A stretch of DNA of 22,836 bases, from NCBI GenBank assembly GCA_001179505.1, contig CDMY01000767.1:1-22836 (forward strand), read 5' to 3'. Below the pieces are notes generated by a model. That model made no database searches. It was not told where the DNA came from and was given only the letters and a program-made list of their open reading frames with translations. Source of the DNA: Vitrella brassicaformis CCMP3155 (Eukaryota; Protista; Chromerida). Position 1 is the stretch's first letter; each line of letters begins with the position of its first letter. Below are positions 1-12,089 of the stretch, in pieces. Made by a program: the position numbers and the translations under genes.

Positions 1-1262
1 GTCTCGTGCAGGATCGCGGCCGGCCTGAATGGCCTCAGCGTAGTCCTTGACGACCCACAGGAGGTACAAGATGTTGCCGTTCGGCAGCTCAATTGCCTCG
101 TGGTGTTGAATGGCGACGCGCCCCCTCTCGAATTTTGTGGTGTTGAACTCCCACTCAATCTGTACATATTAAAGGTGTATGTGTGCATCTCTTTCGTCAG
201 TGCAGTTTCCGTACCTCATCGTTATGATTGACCATTTGCAGGATGCCAGCGCGCCCACCGTACGGGAAAACCGGATCCTGACGCAGAGGGGGCCGAGTGA
301 TGTCAGTGGCAGCCCGAAGGAGCCAGCCATTCCTCATGATGGAGGCTGAACCAGACGCCGGCGGACCAGCCGCTATGTTGAAGGTCTTGGCGACGCACAA
401 GTTCGAATCATAGAGATATGCCACGTTGGTCCCGAGGGGCGCCCACAAAGTCAGCTGGTCCATACCTTTCCCTGGCATGCTGCCTCCAAGTCCGGTGTTC
501 TCGCTGAGGACTGATAATACTGAGGCCACACAAAAAGGCAGCCGTTCCATCTGTTCCAGTCCTATGGCATGTGCGGTCATCTCTGTGCATGGCTGACCAC
601 CTGATGTGTTGGAGGTGAGGTTGCCCTGATGCACGGAAGTATCCACGTCATCTGGGCCATCGGCACGGGAGGAAGTCACATGTCGGCGGACGGNNNNNNN
701 NNNNNNNNNNNNNNNNNNNNNNNNNNNNNNNNNNNNNNNNNNNNNNNNNNNNNNNNNNNNNNNNNNNNNNNNNNNNNNNNNNNNNNNNNNNNNNNNNNNN
801 NNNNNNNNNNNNNNNNNNNNNNNNNNNNNNNNNNNNNNNNNNNNNNNNNNNNNNNNNNNNNNNNNNNNNNNNNNNNNNNNNNNNNNNNNNNNNNNNNNNN
901 NNNNNNNNNNNNNNNNNNNNNNNNNNNNNNNNNNNNNNNNNNNNNNNNNNNNNNNNNNNNNNNNNNNNNNNNNNNNNNNNNNNNNNNNNNNNNAGCCAAC
1001 GAGAACCACCAGAATGGCCATCATTGGCGTCAGCGCGACAAGAAGCAACTGGCCCCCGCACCGACAACACACGAATCAACGAATCACACCAAGGACACGG
1101 AGATGTATGCGATGTGTGTACTCTCACCTGGAGCAGCGGACCTGGAGCAGCGGTGCCTTGTACAAACCCTGATGGTAGCCTTGGGACCAGATTTTTGTCA
1201 AGGGAATTTTGGGGTAAATGTCTCCTGGGTAAATCTGTCGGCCTCTCTTTTCCGTCAAACAC
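1..1262 (-). CDS. Aryl-sulfate sulfotransferase (ASST / arylsulfotransferase-like beta-propeller) family protein; multi-exon, 3' part beyond the window start, 5' end unresolved, interrupted by an assembly gap
   Basis: The minus-strand ORF reads TLWAPLGTNVAYLYDSNLCVAKTF...SIMRNGWLLRA...YGGRAGILQMVNHNDE. A phase-0 GT-AG intron (160-214, gtacgg...gtacag) joins it to an open exon 159-1: IEWEFNTTKFERGRVAIQHHEAIELPNGNILYLLWVVKDYAEAIQAGRDPARD. This matches from memory the ASST pattern TLFAP..TYLID / NG.LLR / GG..G.I...WEF / HH...LPNGNIL..W..K...EA..AGRDP. A second phase-0 intron (1049-1127, gtgaga...ggccag) joins PLLQ to the hydrophobic stretch LLLVALTPMMAILVVLVG. Frame across the 694-993 gap cannot be verified. 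Confidence 0.8.
694..993. other. Assembly gap (300 N)
   Basis: Run of exactly 300 N, the same length as the other two gaps, so a placeholder size. Confidence 0.99.
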
Positions 1263-1729
1263 GAGACGAGGGCAGCGGAGCCCTAGGACATAATGACACG
1301 CTGGCCCGAATGCGCTGGTCGCGTCTCCTTGGTCCCTCGTGTCCCCCCTCCCGGCGTATCGCTGGCTCTCTGTCCTCCTCTTCCTCAGGTTCCCCGCTTG
1401 GATGGGTTTGTGCCGATCGCCGTGGGTTTCAGATATAGTTGCCAGACGTTAACAGGATCCACTCATAAGTCATGACCTTGTTTTATTGGGCGTTCATTTA
1501 GATGTGCCGAATCATGAAATGCTCCCGCCACATGTCATGAGATTCACTTGCTGGTCACACTCTGTCTGTGTTTGCATCCGGCAATAAGCATATGGTAGCA
1601 GCTTTGCAACCAGACAAATTAGGGGCGCTTCGAGCTGGTGTCCGGCATAAACCCCGAAGCAACACAAGTCAAAGATGCAATGGCGTTTTGTCCATAGCTT
1701 TTCGTGGATGGTCAAAGAGACATGCCTAC

Positions 1730-2597
1730 ATTCGAGTCCACGTTGAATTGCGATGGACAGACTGTTCAACTGGTGCGTAGACTAAAAAGGTTGAGACAGC
1801 CAGTTGCACTCCAACTGATGAAGTTGTGCGTGGAGCTGTCTCATATCGAAGTCCTGAGTTCGTCCTGCACGATGCCGCCGATACACAGAGTTCGAGACCC
1901 CGGCGAAATGTGGGCCGGGGCGACAGCTCTAGTCCTTTTTCATCTAAGGTCGGATGAATGAAACATCTCTCCGGTGCGGCAGAAACCCGCCAAATTTGCG
2001 TAGTCTTGGTGGATTGTAAGGTCGGCTGGAGTGTGTGGCTGCTTTTCTGGTTTTCCTGCCGTACCCCCGTGCCCTTGAGCCGTCCAGCTATGAAGCGCTG
2101 TTGCTGCTCACAGATGCCACAGAGAGCTCTACGCCATTGTTGGCGGTGCAGCTGCCAAGGGATCCGTAGGAGCTTATTTACTCTGACAGCGACTTGGATC
2201 ACGTGAATGTGAAGTGTATGTGCATGTAAGCGGAAGCTGTGTCTTGTAGGGCCTTGCTGCATCCTTCCGCATCGGTCTTTTCGGAAAAAGACAGATTCTG
2301 CACAGTTTTTAACACACGGATATCGTCGGGAGGCGAACCGGAGCAGGGATTTTCCTTGCTGAGCTTTGCTGAGGATATCTTGCTGAGGATACGGATGTCT
2401 CGGTTCTTGTCTCGGGTCCCTTCCTGGGAGGATTCCGTCGATGGGAATAGACGCCTCGCAGAAGGCAAGGATCGCTTTGGTAGGGGGAACGTTTTCGAGC
2501 TGCCTGCCTGGTCTGATGTTGCAATGAGCGATCTGCTGGAGAATGCACGGTTGGCGGCCTTGTAGTTCACGGCTGGCAACGATTTTGTTCGTGTCGC
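1730..2597 (+). repeat. Repeat family A, tandem copy 1 (left boundary uncertain, may start further upstream)
   Basis: 1746-2597 appears identical by eye to 2898-3749 and is closely similar to 4066-4924. Confidence 0.9.
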
Positions 2598-2897
2598 NNN
2601 NNNNNNNNNNNNNNNNNNNNNNNNNNNNNNNNNNNNNNNNNNNNNNNNNNNNNNNNNNNNNNNNNNNNNNNNNNNNNNNNNNNNNNNNNNNNNNNNNNNN
2701 NNNNNNNNNNNNNNNNNNNNNNNNNNNNNNNNNNNNNNNNNNNNNNNNNNNNNNNNNNNNNNNNNNNNNNNNNNNNNNNNNNNNNNNNNNNNNNNNNNNN
2801 NNNNNNNNNNNNNNNNNNNNNNNNNNNNNNNNNNNNNNNNNNNNNNNNNNNNNNNNNNNNNNNNNNNNNNNNNNNNNNNNNNNNNNNNNNNNNNNNN
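2598..2897. other. Assembly gap (300 N)
   Basis: Run of exactly 300 N. Confidence 0.99.
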
Positions 2898-3765
2898 AAT
2901 TGCGATGGACAGACTGTTCAACTGGTGCGTAGACTAAAAAGGTTGAGACAGCCAGTTGCACTCCAACTGATGAAGTTGTGCGTGGAGCTGTCTCATATCG
3001 AAGTCCTGAGTTCGTCCTGCACGATGCCGCCGATACACAGAGTTCGAGACCCCGGCGAAATGTGGGCCGGGGCGACAGCTCTAGTCCTTTTTCATCTAAG
3101 GTCGGATGAATGAAACATCTCTCCGGTGCGGCAGAAACCCGCCAAATTTGCGTAGTCTTGGTGGATTGTAAGGTCGGCTGGAGTGTGTGGCTGCTTTTCT
3201 GGTTTTCCTGCCGTACCCCCGTGCCCTTGAGCCGTCCAGCTATGAAGCGCTGTTGCTGCTCACAGATGCCACAGAGAGCTCTACGCCATTGTTGGCGGTG
3301 CAGCTGCCAAGGGATCCGTAGGAGCTTATTTACTCTGACAGCGACTTGGATCACGTGAATGTGAAGTGTATGTGCATGTAAGCGGAAGCTGTGTCTTGTA
3401 GGGCCTTGCTGCATCCTTCCGCATCGGTCTTTTCGGAAAAAGACAGATTCTGCACAGTTTTTAACACACGGATATCGTCGGGAGGCGAACCGGAGCAGGG
3501 ATTTTCCTTGCTGAGCTTTGCTGAGGATATCTTGCTGAGGATACGGATGTCTCGGTTCTTGTCTCGGGTCCCTTCCTGGGAGGATTCCGTCGATGGGAAT
3601 AGACGCCTCGCAGAAGGCAAGGATCGCTTTGGTAGGGGGAACGTTTTCGAGCTGCCTGCCTGGTCTGATGTTGCAATGAGCGATCTGCTGGAGAATGCAC
3701 GGTTGGCGGCCTTGTAGTTCACGGCTGGCAACGATTTTGTTCGTGTCGCAACTGACGCCGCCTGG
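2898..3765 (+). repeat. Repeat family A, tandem copy 2 (possibly an assembly duplicate of copy 1)
   Basis: ORF translations at 1958/3110, 2239/3391 and 2309/3461 are identical. Flanked by N gaps on both sides. Confidence 0.85.
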
Positions 3766-4065
3766 NNNNNNNNNNNNNNNNNNNNNNNNNNNNNNNNNNN
3801 NNNNNNNNNNNNNNNNNNNNNNNNNNNNNNNNNNNNNNNNNNNNNNNNNNNNNNNNNNNNNNNNNNNNNNNNNNNNNNNNNNNNNNNNNNNNNNNNNNNN
3901 NNNNNNNNNNNNNNNNNNNNNNNNNNNNNNNNNNNNNNNNNNNNNNNNNNNNNNNNNNNNNNNNNNNNNNNNNNNNNNNNNNNNNNNNNNNNNNNNNNNN
4001 NNNNNNNNNNNNNNNNNNNNNNNNNNNNNNNNNNNNNNNNNNNNNNNNNNNNNNNNNNNNNNNNN
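3766..4065. other. Assembly gap (300 N)
   Basis: Run of exactly 300 N. Confidence 0.99.
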
Positions 4066-6075
4066 ATTCGAGTCCACGTTGAATTGCCATGGACAGACTG
4101 TTCAACTGGTGCGTAGACTAGAAAGGTTGAGACAGCCAGTTGCACTCCAACTGATGAAGTTGTGCGTGGAGCTGTCTCATATCGAAGTCCTGAGTTCGTC
4201 CTGCACGATGCCGCCGATACACAGAAGCACGATGCCGCCGATACACAGAATTCGAGACCCCGGCGAAATGTGGGCCGGGGCGACAGCTCTCGTCCTTTTT
4301 CATCTAAGGTCGGATGAATGAAATATCTCACCGGTGCGGCAGAAACCCGCCAAATTTGCGTAGTCTTGGTGGATTATAAGGTCGGCTGGAGTGTGTGGCT
4401 GCTTTTCTGGTTTTCCTGCCGTACCCCCGTGCCCTTGAGCCGTCCAGGTATGAAGCGCTGTTGCTGCTCACAGATGCCACAGAGAGCTCTACGCCATTGT
4501 TGGCGGTGCAGCTGCCAAGGGATCCGTAGGAGCTTATTTACTCTGACAGCGACTTGGATCACGTGAATGTGAAGTGTATGTGCATGTAAGCGGAAGCTGT
4601 GTCTTGTAGGGCCTTGCTGCATCCTTCCACATCGGTCTCTTCGGAAAAAGACAGATTCTGCACAGTTTTTAACACACGGATATCGTCGGGAGGCGAACCG
4701 GAGCAGGCATTTCCCTTGCTGAGCCTTGCTGAGGATACCTTTCTGAGGATACGGATGTCTCGGTTCTTGTCTCGGGTCTCTTCCTGGCAGGATTCCGTCG
4801 ATGGGAATAGACGCCTCGCAGAAGGCAAGGATCGCTTTGGTAGGGGGGACGTTTTCGAGCTGCCTGCCTGGTCTGATGTTGCAATGAGCGATCTGCTGGA
4901 GAATGCACGGTTGGCGGCCTTGTACAGTCCGGACCGCGTAAGTGGGTCAGTACATAGCTGGCTCACTTACGTGTCTGACCCGCTTATACGTACTACAGGG
5001 CTGACCCAGTTGTTTTCCAGCGACTTTTAGAGTGATTTCTCGCTGTGAATGAATCACAGGAGCCTCTCAGAACACCATTGACTCTTTTTTTCGCGCTCAA
5101 AGTCACTCAAAACGACGAAAAACCGGTCTGTTCTGTCATTCATTCAATCAGTCCTTGAATGGCTGCGAGAGCCCTTGGATGTCTCCGAATGTTTGATTCA
5201 TCGTTGATCTCCACCCCCGCCACGCAAAGTGATGCAGCCTGAGTGATTTTGCAAGGAAATTCGTCGTCAACACGTTCTCTTGGCGTCATCAACGGTGTCT
5301 GATGGGCCATGACGGCACGAAAGGCATGAACAGCAAGCATAACAGGAAGCAAATCACATAAATCATGCCGCCCCGCCGCCTGCAGCAGTGAATGCATCAG
5401 TCGAAATGGCCATCAAATCGCTCTCACGATGAGTGGGTGGGCGGATGGGGTGGGTGGAGGGCGGAGGGCGAAGTGATGCATCATGCATGGAATGACTGAG
5501 GAGGAACATGCTGCATGCTGACCACCCTCTTGTTTGTCACAAATGGGTCTATCGTGCCTCGGAGTGAAACAGCCGCTCTTCCGTTTACATCGTGAGTCAA
5601 CCCCGCCAAGCAAACTCCATCTTTCGTCGCGATCACCGTCCGAATGGTTCATCTCAGAATATGACAATCAAAATGTCTGTATTTCTCCGTTCATTCACGT
5701 TTTCATCGGTCCGCTCTTTCACAAAGGTGTTCTTCATCGTCTTGCGGTCATTTTGAGCCATGAATGGTCGGTTTGGATGGCTGATTTGAGTCTCTTTGGA
5801 AGGTGACCCGGTTATCCGGTCCGTTTTTGACTGTGTACAGAGTGATTCAGCCCAGCTGGCCCACATACGCAACTGACCCGCTTATACGGTGACCCACTTA
5901 CGCGGTCCGGACCGTAGTTCACGGCTGGCCGCGATTTTGTTCGTGTCGCAACTGACGCTGCCTGGATTTCATTTCTCGGCCGATGTCTGTTCATTCATGG
6001 ATGTTCTTATCAATCCACGTGCCGTACACTCGCCGACGCATCCATTGACCCTTTCCTCATGTACAGTCCGGCTGT
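4066..6075 (+). repeat. Repeat family A, diverged tandem copy 3, split by a DNA-transposon insertion at 4925-5914
   Basis: 4066-4924 aligns to copy 1 with substitutions and a 24-bp tandem duplication (4203-4250). Family sequence resumes at 5915 (tagttcacggctggccgcgattttgttcgtgtcgcaactgacg). 5990-6075 matches 15385-15480 in reverse complement. Confidence 0.85.
4925..5914. mobile_element. Non-autonomous Tc1/mariner-type DNA transposon (990 bp, 25-bp TIRs, TA target-site duplication)
   Basis: Left TIR cagtccggaccgcgtaagtgggtca (4925-4949); right TIR tgacccacttacgcggtccggaccg (5890-5914); 1 mismatch. TA lies on both sides (4923-4924 and 5915-5916). The empty site ttgTAgttc is seen in copies 1 and 2. 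No transposase motif recognised inside. Confidence 0.9.
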
Positions 6076-6974
6076 TGTTTCTACATACATGTATGATACC
6101 CTCCGTGATTGAGCGCTTGGCATCAAGCTTGGCTCGATGGTGGCATCCCTGGCAGACTCCGGCAGTTACGACAATCACATGGGCAGACTCGCTGTCAGAT
6201 GGGCAAGCCCATCAGACAGGTGAAGGGAAGGAGAGTCGTCGGGTGTCTAGTCGCTCATCATGGCGCCTTCGCCTGCGGTCTTCGGCCCCTTCTGGCCGGC
6301 TGGGATGATCACGGTGGGGTGAGGTGTTGAATGGAGAGACACGGAGACGCCGCTCCGTGCTGGGGTACTCCGTGCAGTGGGCTTGCTGACGACGGTTGAG
6401 AGCACAAGTACTTCTGGGGACCACGAAAGGCTCAGATGCTTGAAATCGACGAAGACAAAGATGGATGCGGATGGGTCGGAATTGATGACCAGACGAAACA
6501 AATAGGGCAGGAATGGCCTCTTCAGCTTGTGCATCCAGGAATTCCTTGTTTTCAATAGTTTCACGATGCGAGCACCAGCCTTCCTTTCCTCTGAGAAAAG
6601 GACTCATCGCTCTGCTTCTCCTTTCGGAAACGTGAAAAACGGGGGCTACAATTGCAACCAATCAAACACAACTACCCGAGTCACGCAAACAGACAAACGA
6701 AAGAACAGCGACGCCGACGATGATTTCAAGCCAAAAGACACAACAAACCAGGCCGCCGGCGCTGCCTCTGGCGGTTGCAAACATTTCAACTGCAGCCAAC
6801 CGCCTGTGCAATGCTAGCTTCGGGCTCATTGCAGCTCGTGACGGCAAGGACCGCTACACCGGGATGTCCCTTTAGGGTTTCGCTGCCACGTCTATGTCTC
6901 AGCTTTCCATCTATCGCCGCAATAGTGCAACGCAACTCAAATTTGTGCATGCAGGTAGCCACTAACTCATGTGC

Positions 6975-7075
6975 TGTCATTCTTCCACGAAGTGGGGAAG
7001 AAAAGGACTAGAGCTGTCATGTGCATCCCGACCCACCTCCAGCCGGGGTTTCGAATCGCCAATTGCTGGCATCCA
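6975..7075 (-). repeat. Repeat family A, short diverged fragment
   Basis: aaaaggactagagctgtc...ccggggtttcgaa is the reverse complement of ~1890-1945. Confidence 0.7.
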
Positions 7076-7537
7076 GTGTGCAGCAGTTGTTTCACTCGTT
7101 GTTCATCGTTTCGACCTCCCTGTGTTGATTCCCATCGTCAGAACAGGCAGATTCAGACCAGATGTTGTGAGCATCAGCTAGGTGTGTGCATCGTGTGTCA
7201 CGAGTGACACGTCGTGTGTTCGTGCGTTCGTTCGTCGTTCGCCGTCCAATCGTTCGTTTATTCGTTTGTTTGTACTCGTCTGTGAGACAGACAGGCAGTC
7301 GTTGATAGGACCAGTCCCCCGTGTGTGCGAACAGAGATAGCTTGAGCCTTTAGTAACAGAAACCTTCACACATCCAACCGAACACTCACTCTCACTCACC
7401 AGCAACAGTTCATGCAGCATCCTCGAGCTTTGTCCTATTACTCATAGCACATCGGACACAGACACGGCAAGACAGAACGACGCAACAGATGTGTCCGATA
7501 TAGTCAAAGACCATTGTCACACGGACGGCTCATGGGT

Positions 7538-7638
7538 ATGAGGGAAGAAGAAAAAGAGAAGAGAAAAAGAAGCGGGGTATGGGGGAAGAAGAAGAAAAAA
7601 AGGAGAAAAAGAAAGAAAACAGAGAAAGAGAGAGAGAG
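7538..7638 (+). repeat. Polypurine (A/G-rich) low-complexity tract
   Basis: gagggaagaagaaaaagagaagagaaaaag...gagagagagagg seen directly. Confidence 0.85.
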
Positions 7639-8101
7639 GCACACACCAGCCGACTTTAATACTTCGCCAAGACCGTGTTGTGTACACGAATTGGTGAGTT
7701 TCTGTCCCACCGGTGAATCACTCATTCGGACTTCAGACGAAAAAGAAGCTGTCTTACACATTGGTGCGCCGGCTTGGCATGTCGACTCGCCCAGAAACGC
7801 TCAGACAGGCGGGACGCGTTCCAGACGCCCCTCCCTCAAAAAAAGGAGCGGGCTTAGTAAGAAAAGCGAGATGGATGATTTTCCGTAACAGAATTATCGG
7901 GTGTGCAGGTTTTACATGCTCGTTGTTTAGATTGTTCAAACACGCGGTCACCGGACGCAACCAACGCAGTCTTCTCGCACTCTACAGGCGAAGAAAAACT
8001 CAGCGAAAAAAAGACGAGCTGTGAGGGTTCAGAACAGCAAACAGAACAGCAAACAGAAGCTCCGTAAATCGTTCGGGGCCTTTTTTGTTGTGTTTGTGGG
8101 A

Positions 8102-10102
8102 ATGATCGGGACGAGAGGGAAAGAGAAGGCATCGTGTGGATTTGCGAACTTGTTGCTATTGTCATTGTTGCAATGGGTCAGTTTATATCTGTGTGTCAAC
8201 TCTCATCACCCGACGAAGTCCCGCTCCATCTCCTCATTCGCTCGTCATTTCGCATTCAATAACCAACGGATCAACGTCATCCAAGACGCCAGCAACGACT
8301 TTGCCGATCTAAAGGCACTGGAGCGAGACATCGAGGTGCCGTTCTACATCTACCACACGCCGGCTATGAGGAAGCTTTATGGCATGTGTCAAGAGAGCGC
8401 ACGGAATATCCTTGAGGGGCGCTGGCCTGCACTTCTCCCGCTGGGGGACAGGAAGAACGTTGACGAGATATACTGGCTGGACCAGTTGTGGAACGATTCT
8501 TGGAGGACGTCTGACCCTGACAAAGCGCTCGTCTATGTCCTCCCAATCTATCCGGGTCTGTCTACACATAATGAGGGAGACACGTACAGGATTAGTTCAT
8601 TCATTCACTTGCCTGCAGTGTTACTTCTGCACAACTCATGCAACGACAGAAACAGAACGAAAGCCCACGACTTAGCAGCAACGGCTGTCAAGGAGGTGAG
8701 AAAGTGTATAAGTGGAAATATGGGCACCAGTCAGATGTCCAGGTGATGGAGACGCCACAATGGAAGAGGAACGGCGGACTCGACCACATCCTGGTGGTGA
8801 GTGATCGTTGGCCCCCGCTCATGACAAGCAATGTTCGAATAGTGTATTGATTGACCATGCAGGCGAGCGACTGGCGCTTTAATTATCCCTTCGATATGAC
8901 GAGAGTATTGGGGGAGTCTTTCGCGACATTTGCGAAGAACATCACACAGGGGCGGCACCTTGTGGACAACCGTAAGGAAGTGAAGGAGAAAAGCCAGCTA
9001 GCTGTGATCTACATCTCGACCAACAGACAGAGGCCTCTTCGGATGTGCTGTCACGATACCCCACACGTATGAAAATCCTACGCAACTCAATGCATCGATG
9101 ACTGGTTGTGTATGCCTGCATTCAGGTCTTCGCTGACGCCACTCCATCAGGCCTACCAGCCTTTTGAGAAGGAAAGCCTGCTGAGGCGTGGGCTTATCAA
9201 ACCTACCGACGTGTTTGAGGATGACCGACTTGCCATGGCTTTCAATCCTCCCTCGAGACACGACTGGTTCAAACGCGACTACACAATGTTCTTTCAAGGT
9301 CAGACACGGGCAACGCTCAACTCGGCCGATATGTGTGCTGTGGTTGAGTGTTGTAGGAAAGTTGTATCACGACCGTCCGTATCGAAAGCTGGCCTTCGAA
9401 AGCTTGGCGAGTTGGCACTATAAATTAAAAGCCTGCCCAGATTGCGTACCAGGGACCAACGTATTTGTTGCAACCGGCGACATATCACAAACTGAATTTC
9501 CCTTTTGCCCACGCCAAGACAGGACAACACGTTCAAAAGGACGAATTGGCAGATTCGAGCAGTGTGAGGGCGTGGTGAATGGCACACACCGGCTGTCCGA
9601 GACGTCGGCTTTCATTCACCGCCTGGCCAGCTCCAAGTTGAATCTATGCTTTCGGGGAAGAGATGTGACGAGCTCGAGGGTCGTTGACGGCTTTGCAACT
9701 CGCACGATTGATGTTTTAATCAGCGACCTAGACGATATGTATAAATACGCCATCCCGCTCCAATGCGAGATCCCATGGAAGTATTGAAAAGAAGGCAGAT
9801 TTGCACTTGATGCTTCCAATACTTGGCTCCCCTTTGTGTTGTGAGCAGGAACCTGACCTATTCGATCGAGGGCTCTGTCTTTGAGCAGAACCCTCGCGCA
9901 GCGCTGAAGCCGATCTTGGATGAGCTCTACAAGGACCACCGAGCCGTAACAGAAAAGCTGCGAATGATGGACTACTACAGCAAGAAACTTCTCTGGGACG
10001 CCCCAAATAGCGAGACAGCAAGAAGTGTGCTCCGCGCAATGACACGACAATGTCTCACTGACAAGACAAAGCTCAACTATATCAAAAGGACCAGCAAAGA
10101 TG
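8102..10102 (+). CDS. Exostosin family (GT47) glycosyltransferase, type II membrane, multi-exon; start codon and last exon uncertain
   Basis: N-terminal hydrophobic anchor (FANLLLLSLLQWVSLYLCV) and GT47 motifs PFYIY, WRTSDPDKALVYVLP, WKRNGGLDHILV, MFFQG, SSKLNLCFRGRDVTSSRVVDGF and IPLQCEIPW. Six GT-AG introns join the ORF pieces in frame: 8696-8742, 8797-8862, 8972-9026, 9067-9125, 9299-9356, 9781-9848. A further donor (gtaagc) lies at 10103. Confidence 0.88.
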
Positions 10103-10815
10103 GTAAGCCATCCATACACGCAGAAAGATACACAACCGACAATTGGGATCTCTCTGTGCGCGTTGGGGTGAAGGTACGGCGGCGAATGTGCGAGATCATC
10201 CTTTGTTCTCCGAGTGTGCATTCGTCGACACATCGGCGAGTCGAGAGGAGCAACGAAAGCCCTGTCGGACATGTTTTTGGGGGATCAAATAATTGACGGG
10301 ATTCAAATGTTGTCGAATGTTGTCGAATAAGGGACGGGGTGAAGCAACGGCAACACCCCGTTCTTGCGTACACGTTTACCTTCCTTCGTCCTCTACCTAA
10401 TGCTCTCACCGTCACCTCGATACGCTGACACAAAACATTGGGGTGCAACCTCTCAGCGGATATGGAGTGCAAAGTTCGCTGACGAGAAGCTAGCCAGCGA
10501 GCCCGCAGTAGTCAGCGAGCCCGCACTAGCCCGCACGGACCCCGTTCATGTAATCGACTTTGTCCCTGCGCCACCCACCCTCATCAGGGGGCTCCATCTG
10601 ACCGCTGGCAGGATTAGGGCTAGTCGGCGGCAAGTCAAACGTGCTGCGGGAGTGACTGAAATCTGTTACCACCGGCTGCTGAAAAATGACAATCTGCGAT
10701 AGCCATGTGTCGCAGCGAGCAGTTCCAACATCTCAACATCCTCATGTAATCGACTGCCAAATTCGTGTGTTGTTCTTCATCCTGTGACCTACCAAGGCGG
10801 TCTGGACTGCCGGCA

Positions 10816-10903
10816 CACACCAGCCCCGCTCCGGGGCTGTGAGGTGGCTGGCCGATCTGGATTTTGTGTTTGTGTGTATCGTGATGCATGTCTCACGCTT
10901 GTT
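10816..10903. repeat. ~85-bp duplicated segment, copy 1
   Basis: cacaccagccccgctccggggctgtgaggtggctggc...gcatgtctcacgcttgtt recurs at 11757-11842. Confidence 0.85.
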
Positions 10904-11756
10904 ATATATTTTTGCACGTATCACTTAGAGAATGGCCACTCACGCAGTCACATCCAAGTCGAGGGGCGAATCGAATATGTCTAAAGGAATAACTCGAATA
11001 ACTGGAATAGTGTCAAAAGAACTGTCAGTGCCACATACACGGCAGCCCTCTGACTCTCCTGAATGGCTGAGCCGCTGGGGATCTGGGCGTGGTGGTTGTC
11101 CCTTTCTCGGTGGATTCGTGGTCGAGGTAGGACGCTTTGTTGTTGTCGGGCGACTTCGAGCCGGGATGTTCTTTCCGAAGGACCCGGGCACAGCCTCAGG
11201 ACAGAGCTCTCTTCGGGCAGGATTCTTCACTGCTTTCTTCGGAGGATTCCTCGGATTCCTCGCTGCTTTCCTCGCTGCTTTCTTCTGAGCTGTCTTCGCT
11301 GCCCGGAACCCTTGGATTCGTCGTCTCTGATACTGAATGACAGAGTGTTGTGTTTGATGACATCTGACCGGAGATCACCAAAAGGAAGACCACACGCAGG
11401 TTTTTGCCTCCGCTGTGTATGTATTTTTCTGTGCAAACATACCCGTTCCTCGTACACCCAATTTGTCGCCGCCCAAGATGCAAAGGCCTCCATTGCATGC
11501 TCCATTGACGGAACAGTTGTGGGGTGCCCGTGTTGCAAGGGTTAAGTTCATAGAGGCGCCTGGGACGCGCGCTGCCCCGGCGACCTTCACCGACAGTAAC
11601 AGTCATGTTCTCGTTGAAGCCCTTCTTGACCTGGGTCTGCACCTGCTTTGTATAATTTTGGCGATGGGCATGCGGGCCAACGGTTGTTTGCGAAGAATCC
11701 AAAAAGAGGGGCCAGCGCGTTTCCCGAGGACTTCGTCAGCCGCGGGCCATACAGGC

Positions 11757-11842
11757 CACACCAGCCCCGCTCCGGGGCTGTGAGGTGGCTGGCTGGATCT
11801 GCTTGTGAATGTGTGTGTCATGTTGCATGTCTCACGCTTGTT
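11757..11842. repeat. ~85-bp duplicated segment, copy 2
   Basis: Direct repeat of 10816-10903, with a near-identical first 37 bp. Confidence 0.85.
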
Positions 11843-12089
11843 GCAGTGTGCGACATGTCTTTCGCAGTCAACGAACGTTTGTGCATTGTTTCTGGATGTA
11901 TTATTCCCCTTCGATTGCTTGATACGAACTGATGCCTAGACGAACTTCGTCGCCCGTTCATGTATCTCCTTAACACCTCTCGGTCTTGAAAATAGGGGAG
12001 AGTTCACATGTGTATTTGTCTTCCTTGAAAACGGCATGACGAATGGTAGACTTCCAAATATCCCCGGTTCAGGGAATCAACCAACTAAA

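Noticed and set aside
1726-4077. 783-aa ORF with a duplicated ~290-aa block
   Set aside because: It spans two 300-N placeholder gaps and two identical repeat copies. The 1152-bp period and the frame continuity depend on an arbitrary gap length, and copy 2 may be an assembly duplicate.
6247-6564. 105-aa minus-strand ORF
   Set aside because: No recognisable motif, no consistent splice model, and it abuts repeat DNA.
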